DNA of 32,000 nt, from contig CAKQHZ010000002.1 in assembly GCA_934246625.1 (NCBI GenBank), positions 90,001 through 122,000 on the forward strand. Direction: 5' to 3'. The notes under the pieces are model-generated. The model was not told the origin of the DNA, did no database searches, and saw only the letters and a program-made list of their open reading frames with translations. A program made the position numbers and the translations under genes. This DNA comes from an uncultured Alphaproteobacteria bacterium (GTDB lineage: Bacteria > Pseudomonadota > Alphaproteobacteria > Rs-D84 > CACZYB01). Positions 18,550 through 25,294 of this stretch are shown here, in pieces. Within the stretch, counting starts at the first letter, position 1; every line of letters starts with the position of its first letter.

Positions 18550-19455
18550 CTATATTTTTTCTACATAAGATAGCATTCTATCAATAGCACCGTTAGTACT
18601 CTGTAAAACTGGAGCATTTAAAAGTCTTGCATAAACTTGCGTAGATTGTAATGACTTATGGCCTAATGATTTACCTATTATTTGCAAACTTGAGCCATTA
18701 ATTGCTTGATAGCTTCCAAGTGTTCTTCTTAGATCATGTATTCTAAGATTTTCTATACCTGCACGCTTTAGTAAAGCTTGCCAATGACGTTTAGGTTCAA
18801 CCAAATGACCACAAGCAGATGTTTTACTTGGAAATACCCATTCTGATGTAGTTGTTTGTTTCATTTCAGAAAGTAAAGCCAATGCTTTCATAGTTAATGG
18901 ACAATCCATACTTTCTCCATTCTTAGTCATAGGTATAAACCAAACACCAAGTTTAAAATCAATTTCTGACCATCTCATAGCAAGTACATTACTTCTCCGC
19001 TGGCCAGTATAAAGTGAAAGTAAGATATAGTTTCTAAACAACATATCTGGATCTTCAAATAATGCACTGAAAAATGGTTGTAATTCATCTGGAAGTATAA
19101 AACGTTCTCTTGATTTAAGTCTAAAATTCTTAATTCCATCAGTTGGATTTTTACCTAGATATCCCTACTCAATAGCACGATGATACATAGTCTTAATAAG
19201 TTTTAATGTATTATTAGCAGTTGTTCTCATTCCTGCACGATCAATGTAAGAAATAATCCTTTCTATATCTTGTCTTATAACCGAAGACATTTTCTTATAA
19301 CCAATAAAAGGATGAATTTTGCTTTTAAAAATATAATCATCATGTTCTATTGTTCTTGGTCTTTTATTGCTAACAGAATAATTCTCTCTGTAATATTTAT
19401 AATAGTCATCAAGAGTTATATCATGAGATGAAATAAAGTTACCTAAAACAGACAT
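18550..19455 (-). pseudogene. Tyrosine recombinase/phage integrase interrupted by one in-frame TAG
   Basis: The ORFs 19455-19165 and 19044-18550 are in the same frame, and the codons between them are open: ...YHRAIE*GYLGKNPTDGIKNFRLKSRERFILPDELQPFFSALFEDPDMLFRNY.... The catalytic residues are intact (TGQRRSN, HDLRRT, LGH, QVYA). RBS GAGGAG precedes the start. Confidence 0.85.
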
Positions 19456-19760
19456 AGTATTTGCTCCTCATCACGGCAGAAAATCAGGAAGAATTATAAA
19501 AAAAATGGTTGGATAAATTATCTCCTAAGATACTTGTAATTGGTGAAGCTAAGGATGAAAGCGATAATATATGTTATTACGAAGGTTATAATACTATAAC
19601 TCAAATGTCAACTAAAGATATTCTCTTTAATTCCGGAAATAATAGAGTAGATATATATACTTCAAATATAGATTATAAATTATCATTTGATTGCAATAAT
19701 AAAAATCTTTCTCAAATAGGAAATTGTTATTATAAAGGATCAATAATTATAGGAGAATAA
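19448..19760 (+). pseudogene. Possible 3' remnant of an MBL-fold (ComEC C-terminal-like) hydrolase gene, frameshifted
   Basis: One frame reads DIVFAPHHGRKSGRIIKK and stops. After an A8 run, the next frame reads LDKLSPKILVIGEAKDE.... This parallels the HHGS...P-K-x-x-I-x-G layout of MBL-fold C-termini. It rests on weak motif-level similarity only. Confidence 0.3.
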
Positions 19761-19853
19761 CTATGAAAATAGAAATGCCTTTTTATGACATTATTAATAG
19801 ATTTTTTACAGGAATAATCTTTTATTATGCAATAATAAGTAAATAGTTTTCCA

Positions 19854-19883
19854 TTGACTCTTAAAGATTAACTTTCATAAAAT
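19854..19883 (+). promoter_or_regulatory. Candidate promoter for the HU gene
   Basis: TTGACT (19854-19859), 18-nt spacer, TAAAAT (19878-19883). Confidence 0.4.
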
Positions 19884-19936
19884 ATCAGTGTTAGGCAATA
19901 AAACCTAAGAGTTTAATAAATAATAGGAGAGATATT

Positions 19937-20209
19937 ATGAATAAAACTGAATTTATTGAAGCTATTGCAAAAGAATTAGGAGCAACAAAAGCTGATGTTG
20001 CAAAATTCATTGCTGCAGAACAAAGTGTTATTGCTAAAACACTTAAAAAAGGTAAATCAATCCAATTGGTTGGTTTTGGAACATACTCAGTTGTAAAACG
20101 TGCTGCAAGAAAAGGTCATAACCCAATGACTGGTAAGGAAATTAAAATTCCAGTTTGCAAAGCTCCAAAGTTTAAACCAGGTAAAACTTTGAAAGATGCT
20201 TTGAACTAA
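19937..20209 (+). CDS. hup: HU/IHF-family nucleoid-associated DNA-binding protein
   Basis: 90 aa. MNKTEFIEAIA..., GFGTYSVVKRAARKGHNPMTGKEIKIP..KAPKFKPGK is the classic HU beta-arm. RBS AGGAG. Confidence 0.92.
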   Translation: MNKTEFIEAIAKELGATKADVAKFIAAEQSVIAKTLKKGKSIQLVGFGTYSVVKRAARKGHNPMTGKEIKIPVCKAPKFKPGKTLKDALN

Positions 20210-20212
20210 TAG

Positions 20213-20236
20213 AAGGCCTTCGAAAGAAGGCTTTTT
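20213..20236 (+). terminator. Rho-independent terminator of hup
   Basis: GCCTTC-gaaa-GAAGGC (GNRA tetraloop; the stem is extendable by flanking A/T pairs) followed by TTTTT. Confidence 0.75.
20220..20236 (+). repeat. Left copy of the 17-nt direct repeat TCGAAAGAAGGCTTTTT
   Basis: An identical 17-mer recurs at 24551-24567, and the surrounding roughly 25 nt are near-identical. Confidence 0.8.
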
Positions 20237-20259
20237 AAATCTTTAAATATCTATTTTGG

Positions 20260-20300
20260 ATGTCAATAGCATAATCAAAATTATCTTATGCTATTGACAT
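20260..20300. promoter_or_regulatory. Perfect 15-bp inverted repeat (operator-like) overlapping the -35 of the helicase-nuclease gene
   Basis: ATGTCAATAGCATAA (20260-20274), an 11-nt spacer, then TTATGCTATTGACAT (20286-20300), which is the exact reverse complement. Confidence 0.5.
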
Positions 20301-20323
20301 AGTTATTTATGAAAATGTATAAT
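20294..20323 (+). promoter_or_regulatory. Near-consensus sigma70 promoter of the helicase-nuclease gene
   Basis: TTGACA (20294-20299), 18-nt spacer, TATAAT (20318-20323). RBS AGGAG (20333-20337) lies 7 nt before the ATG at 20345. Confidence 0.55.
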
Positions 20324-20344
20324 CACTCCGTTAGGAGTTTTGTT

Positions 20345-23300
20345 ATGGTTAATAAAAAATTTTCACAATTAAAATTTGAAAAAAACTTTCTTGAGAAATT
20401 ACTAAGTAAGCTTACGGTTGGAAATGGACGTTCAATACATTTGAATGCGGTTCCAGGAAGAGCTAAAAATAGGCTTGATATTTCAGATTTAGATATAGCA
20501 TCAGTAAAACCTATATCGACAGATTTTTTAGATAAGCTAACTTCTAAAGAAAAATTTGAATATAAAATATCGTTTGATAGTAGTATATTAACAAAAGCAG
20601 ATGATGATTTAAAAAATAAATTATCAACTATCTCTAAAAAATTGGATGCTATAGTTTCTGATAATGAGGATATGTATTTAGAAACAGGTATAAAAAATTT
20701 TGGTTTTGGATATCCTTTAATTATAAAGGCAGATACAAAAGCCCAAAGAGTTATTGTTTCACCAGTGTTTATTTGGATGTTAGATATAAAAAAATCTAAT
20801 AAGAAAAATGAATGGATTATTTCTAAAACAGAAGATAGTCCAATAAAAGTAAATGAACTTCTTATTTCCCATATTAAAAATGATGAACAAATTGAACTTG
20901 ATAAATTAACATCAGAAGAATTAGATGATAATATTTTATCAAAGGAAGAAATTATTGCTTATTTAAATAATTTACTCAAAAAATTAAATTGTCATTGTAG
21001 TATAGATAATGTTTCACTTACAAAAAGTTTACTTACTAAAAAGGAATATGAAAAGTTAGCTAATAATGAGGCTTGGATACAATGGAGTGGTATTTTGGGA
21101 TTATATAAATCCCCTAAGGAAACAATTATAGATTCTGTTTCTGAATTGATAAAAAAACTTGAAAAATTTAATTCTGAAAGTCTTGAAATAAGTCCATTCC
21201 AGAAGTTAACAACAACATCTTTCGATATAGATTCAAGTAAACGAGAGATTATAGATACTCTTGATCATGATGAATTCAAAATCATTCAAGGACCTCCTGG
21301 AACGGGTAAATCTCAGGCCATTTCTGCAATTATTTCAAATGTTTTAGCAAATAAGGCCAAGGTTTTGGTTGTATGTGAAAAGAAAACTGCTTTGGATGTT
21401 TTAAAATCAAATCTTCAAAAAGAAAAATTGGATGAGTTTTCTATACTTATAGATGATGTTATAAAAGATAGAAAAAGTGTAGTAGATAAGGCCAGAAAAA
21501 TATTTGATGAAATAAAGTTTAATTATAGTCATTCATATTTTGATGATGATATTTTTAGCAGTACATATTCTTGTTTTTTAGATTTAAAAGATAAAGTAAA
21601 TGCGGCCTATGAAGAAACAAGTAAAAATATATTCTTAGGAAAAAATTGGAAAGATATTATTGGTGAGTATTTAAAAGTATCAAAAGAACATAACATAAAA
21701 GAAGTAATAGATAATTTCAAAAAATTTGCTTTTTCTTTTACAGAAGAAGAATTTAATACATACATTGATAATATTAAAAGAGGTATATTTTTACAAAATT
21801 CAATAAAATCAATTGATAAAAATACATTTTGTTACATTGATTTCAATGCATTTGATGATAAAATAAGTTTAAAACAAAAAAATGATATAGAAAGACAAAT
21901 AGATGAAGTTGAACATATTGTCAATAAAGCAAAACAGTATTTAAATTCTAATGATTTTTCTTGTTTAAATTTGAATATATTATCTCCTGAAGGAGTTATT
22001 AATAAAAAAATAGAATTAATTGATAATTGTATGCAATTCATTACATCTATAAATGAATTTTGTAATTCAAATCAAGATTTAACTGTAGATGATTACAAAA
22101 AAATTAAACTTTTGTTTGAAAATTATAATAAAGTTATAAAAAGTATAGATTCAAATTTGAATATTCTTGTTGATAATACTGTATTTGATAAGTTATCTAA
22201 TATTGTAATTATTCAATCTATTATAAAAAATATGTTAGATATTTGTGATAAATTTAGTATCCAAAATCTTAATCATAGTTTAAAGAACTTAGTTCTTGGA
22301 TGGTTTAATACTAAGTATAAAGAATATTTCAAAAATTTTAAAAAATTTAAAAGTCTTTTCTCTGAATTATATTCAAAATCTAATAAATATTCTAAATATA
22401 ATGAAAACGTTTCATTTATAAAAAAGTATAAAGAATACAAGCAATCAGAATTATTAGTTGATGATTTGAAAAATTTAAACTTGATATTAGATAATGATAA
22501 ATTGTTATTTTCAAATTCTTTATCGGAATATTATAATTCAATTATAGAGGCAAAGAAAACTTTAAACGAATATAATATAAATTGTAAATCTATAATTGAT
22601 TGTAAAGTATTTATCGAAAAAACAAATAAATCTATAACAGATATATTCAAGTTAATAACAAATGATATAAAATCGTCCTTAATTTCTATTAAAGATTATT
22701 TATCTCAACTTGATACAATTTTAAATAAGGTTTCGCTATTAAAAGATAATTTATCTCAACTTGATGATTATAATTCATGGATAAAATTTTATAAACAAAA
22801 TAAAAAGTTGATAAATGCTCTAGAAGAATATGATAATAATTCTTGGGAAAATATTTTTAAGACAGTTTATTTTTGTAGTTTTCTATATGCCTTTGAAAAT
22901 AATTCAAAGATATCTTTCAATAAAAATGACGGAAAATTAAAAAGATTAGATGAATATTGTAATAAATTACAATCCGACAGTATTGGCAGAATATATGATG
23001 TTTGGAATGAACGTAGAATAGATGCTGCGGACTATTTAGATTGTAAATATGGATTTAAAGCATTATTTGCATTAAAAAAGAATCAAAAATTTGGTAAACG
23101 TTTATCATTAAAACAAATTATAAATAAAGATTTCAATTCATTTACAGATTTATTTCCTGTTATTTTAGTAAATCCTATAGTTGCAAATACATTATTTCCT
23201 TTAAAACAAGGACTATTTGATATTGTTATATTTGATGAATCCAGTCAATTAAGAGTAGAAGATGTTTATACAGCTATGCTTCGTGGAAAATATAAAATTA

Positions 23301-24532
23301 TTGCAGGAGATCAGCATCAGATGCCTCCTTCAAATTATTTTGGAGCTAAAATAGAAGATGAAGATATGGATTCAGATTCTGATGATGAAATTAGGGATCA
23401 AGCTCAGTTAAATGCTGAATCATTGCTTGTATTTTCAGAATCTCTAAAATACAAAAATATATCATATTTAGATTTTCACTATAGATCACAACATCCATTG
23501 TTAATTCAATTTTCAAATGCTGCTTTTTATGGTGAAAATTTGTGTCCATTACCTGTAAAAGGAAAAGATTATACTCCAATAATTATGAAAGAAGTTAATG
23601 GAACATATTATGGAACACCAAAAAATATAAATTCTAAAGAAGCTGATGAGGTTATTAAAATTTTAGAATCAATAAATGAGGATGAAAACGGAAATATGCC
23701 TAGTGTAGGAATTGCTACATTTAATGTTCATCAAAGAGAACTTATTAAAGAGAAATTATATGATAAAGCATATTCTGATCCTAAAAACTTTGGTGTAAAA
23801 TTTGAAAAATTACAATCCAGTGGTCTTTTTGTTAAGAACTTGGAAAATATTCAAGGTGATGAACGAGATATTATTATTATTTCTACGACATTTGGAAAGG
23901 ATGAAACAGGTAAATTATCTGAAAGATTTGGGGTAATAACGCAAGAAAATGCATATAAATTGCTAAATGTTTTAATAACTAGAGCTAAAGATAAATTATT
24001 TGTTGTTACTTCAATTCCTGAAACAAAGTATTCTCAATATAAGGAGTTATTAGATAAAAATCATCAAAATAATAGAACTGCAATATTTTATGCTTATTTA
24101 TCATATGCAAAAGCTGTTTCAGAAAATAATATGGAATTAGTTAATTCTATATTGAGTGATGTATCTCAATTTAGTTATGATAGAAGTAGAAATATGCAGG
24201 GAATTTTAGGTACAAGTTTAGTAGATTCTCCATTCGAAGAAGAATTATATAATCAACTTTCAGAAGTTGTAGGAAAAAATAATATTCACTACAAATATAA
24301 AGTTGGAGGTTATACATTAGACTTTATGATCGAATATAACGGTAAAAAATTTGCTTTGGAGTGTGATGGTAAACAATATCCTTGTTTTAATCAAGCTTAC
24401 GCTGAAAATATTCAAAGAGAAAAACAAATAGAAAAATTTGGCTATAAATTCTATAGAATATGGTCAATTAATTGGTTTGAGAATGAAAAACAAGAATTAC
24501 AAAAACTAAAAGATTTTTTATCTAAATCCTAA
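20345..24532 (+). CDS. Large SF1 (Upf1/DNA2-like, AAA_11/AAA_12-type) helicase fused to a C-terminal Vsr/DUF559-like restriction-endonuclease-fold domain
   Basis: Start moved to Met13 of the ORF because the promoter -10 and RBS lie inside the 5' extension. Walker A QGPPGTGKS (21290-21313), motif II IFDESSQ (23231-), GDQHQMPP, motif V/VI GDERDIIIIS / LNVLITRAKDKLFVV. C-terminal GGYTLDFMIEYNGKKFALECDGKQY...FGYKFYRIWSINWF matches the DUF559/Vsr-like nuclease core. Confidence 0.85.
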   Translation: MVNKKFSQLKFEKNFLEKLLSKLTVGNGRSIHLNAVPGRAKNRLDISDLDIASVKPISTDFLDKLTSKEKFEYKISFDSSILTKADDDLKNKLSTISKKLDAIVSDNEDMYLETGIKNFGFGYPLIIKADTKAQRVIVSPVFIWMLDIKKSNKKNEWIISKTEDSPIKVNELLISHIKNDEQIELDKLTSEELDDNILSKEEIIAYLNNLLKKLNCHCSIDNVSLTKSLLTKKEYEKLANNEAWIQWSGILGLYKSPKETIIDSVSELIKKLEKFNSESLEISPFQKLTTTSFDIDSSKREIIDTLDHDEFKIIQGPPGTGKSQAISAIISNVLANKAKVLVVCEKKTALDVLKSNLQKEKLDEFSILIDDVIKDRKSVVDKARKIFDEIKFNYSHSYFDDDIFSSTYSCFLDLKDKVNAAYEETSKNIFLGKNWKDIIGEYLKVSKEHNIKEVIDNFKKFAFSFTEEEFNTYIDNIKRGIFLQNSIKSIDKNTFCYIDFNAFDDKISLKQKNDIERQIDEVEHIVNKAKQYLNSNDFSCLNLNILSPEGVINKKIELIDNCMQFITSINEFCNSNQDLTVDDYKKIKLLFENYNKVIKSIDSNLNILVDNTVFDKLSNIVIIQSIIKNMLDICDKFSIQNLNHSLKNLVLGWFNTKYKEYFKNFKKFKSLFSELYSKSNKYSKYNENVSFIKKYKEYKQSELLVDDLKNLNLILDNDKLLFSNSLSEYYNSIIEAKKTLNEYNINCKSIIDCKVFIEKTNKSITDIFKLITNDIKSSLISIKDYLSQLDTILNKVSLLKDNLSQLDDYNSWIKFYKQNKKLINALEEYDNNSWENIFKTVYFCSFLYAFENNSKISFNKNDGKLKRLDEYCNKLQSDSIGRIYDVWNERRIDAADYLDCKYGFKALFALKKNQKFGKRLSLKQIINKDFNSFTDLFPVILVNPIVANTLFPLKQGLFDIVIFDESSQLRVEDVYTAMLRGKYKIIAGDQHQMPPSNYFGAKIEDEDMDSDSDDEIRDQAQLNAESLLVFSESLKYKNISYLDFHYRSQHPLLIQFSNAAFYGENLCPLPVKGKDYTPIIMKEVNGTYYGTPKNINSKEADEVIKILESINEDENGNMPSVGIATFNVHQRELIKEKLYDKAYSDPKNFGVKFEKLQSSGLFVKNLENIQGDERDIIIISTTFGKDETGKLSERFGVITQENAYKLLNVLITRAKDKLFVVTSIPETKYSQYKELLDKNHQNNRTAIFYAYLSYAKAVSENNMELVNSILSDVSQFSYDRSRNMQGILGTSLVDSPFEEELYNQLSEVVGKNNIHYKYKVGGYTLDFMIEYNGKKFALECDGKQYPCFNQAYAENIQREKQIEKFGYKFYRIWSINWFENEKQELQKLKDFLSKS

Positions 24533-24543
24533 TATTGTAGATG

Positions 24544-24568
24544 AAAGCCGTCGAAAGAAGGCTTTTTT
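24544..24568 (+). terminator. Rho-independent terminator of the helicase-nuclease gene, near-copy of the hup terminator
   Basis: GCCGTC-gaaa-GAAGGC (one mismatch) flanked by AAA/TTT pairs, then TTTTTT. Confidence 0.65.
24551..24567 (+). repeat. Right copy of the 17-nt direct repeat TCGAAAGAAGGCTTTTT
   Basis: Identical to 20220-20236. Confidence 0.8.
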
Positions 24569-24569
24569 A

Positions 24570-24597
24570 TTGCATTATTTGATAGTTATGATATAAT
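24570..24597 (+). promoter_or_regulatory. Candidate extended -10 promoter for the 69-aa gene
   Basis: TTGCAT (24570-24575), 16-nt spacer ending TGa, TATAAT (24592-24597). Confidence 0.5.
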
Positions 24598-24668
24598 GAA
24601 CTCTGGATTTAAAATCCAAGTGAATTTAAACCAACTTGTCCTACTTAGTGGACTAAAAGGAGTCTATT

Positions 24669-24878
24669 ATGAATTTCAGTTTTAGTTTTAAAGATTATAC
24701 TATTTTCAGATTAAACGGTAAGTGGAGATTTTATTCTGATGATATAACTATTGAAAAGGAAGAGGCATTAGAAGTGCTAAATTACTTAAATAGTTTGGAA
24801 GTAAAGGATTATTGTAAAATTCCAGAATTTCTTGATTATTTCTATTTAAGAAGAAAATTTAGACTTGTAAATAAATAA
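24669..24878 (+). CDS. Small hypothetical protein (69 aa)
   Basis: RBS AAAGGAG lies 7 nt before the ATG, and the gene has its own promoter-like element. No motifs recognised. Confidence 0.55.
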   Translation: MNFSFSFKDYTIFRLNGKWRFYSDDITIEKEEALEVLNYLNSLEVKDYCKIPEFLDYFYLRRKFRLVNK

Positions 24879-24898
24879 GTTTAGTATATAATGAACCC

Positions 24899-25142
24899 AT
24901 GATGATAGTAAAAATCAATAAATAGGTTGAACTAGAATAATCGGTTTTAAAACCCTTTGATTTTAGCCATCTTGAGGCATGTAGGTCTGAGTTTAGAACT
25001 TATGTTTTTGCCACCCCATACAGCAAGATACAACTTAGATTTTCAAGAAATCCAGGATATCTACGATTTTAGAAAAGTTAGAATATTGGCACTGTAGACC
25101 TCACCAAAAATTTCAAGTCATCTTATGATGGCTTTTATTTTT
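24899..25142 (+). ncRNA. Candidate structured non-coding transcript or 5' leader (about 240 nt), class unknown
   Basis: A promoter-like TTGTAA-16-TATAAT (24865-24892) lies upstream and an intrinsic terminator at 25116-25142. No ORF of 60 aa or more on either strand across 415 bp. Long-range complementary segments are present (see findings). Confidence 0.3.
25116..25142 (+). terminator. Rho-independent terminator inside the tpsA upstream region
   Basis: AGTCATC-ttat-GATGGCT (7 bp with one G-U) followed by TTTTATTTTT. Confidence 0.6.
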
Positions 25143-25294
25143 ACCCTTCAAGGACCATTTCTGGTGATTATAGCAACCTTCTATCAACCTGCTTAGAATG
25201 GTTTTATGTGGAATAAAAACGTTAAAAAACTTCTTGCAAAATCAAATAAATAATGCTAAATTCCAACTCAGATTAATGACAATAAGAGTATAAT

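Larger units (their letters stand above)
8851..19455. mobile_element. Putative genomic (defence) island next to tRNA-Arg, with a serine recombinase at one end and an inactivated tyrosine integrase at the other
   Basis: Starts right after the tRNA-Arg 3' end. Its content is almost entirely restriction, toxin or recombinase genes. It looks more AT-rich than the efflux operon. No att direct repeat was found by eye, so the boundaries are approximate. Confidence 0.55.

Noticed and set aside
19165-19167. TAG in the integrase as a recoded (e.g. pyrrolysine) or suppressed codon
   Set aside because: TAG is used as a genuine stop by res (13403-13405), and no recoding machinery or signals are visible. 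The simplest reading is a pseudogene.
18431-19940. An attR copy of the tRNA-Arg 3' end near the integrase
   Set aside because: I found no match to GTTCGAATCGTCTCGGGGTCACCA or its 3' portion by eye, so no att site is claimed. This needs a computational repeat search.
20309-20344. First 12 codons of the 1407-aa ORF (MKMYNHSVRSFV)
   Set aside because: This stretch contains the TATAAT -10 hexamer and the AGGAG RBS that serve the ATG at 20345, so it is more likely untranslated leader.
24880-25294. Known RNA classes in the tpsA upstream region (T-box-like GGGTGG on the minus strand, B12-box-like GCACTG/AGACC, tmRNA, RNase P, SRP, 6S)
   Set aside because: Only 5-7 nt fragments match. The hallmark conserved cores are absent, for example GAGGAAAGTCC for RNase P, a tRNA-like end for tmRNA, or the full T-box. 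The minus-strand orientation would also have nothing to regulate. Left as class unknown.
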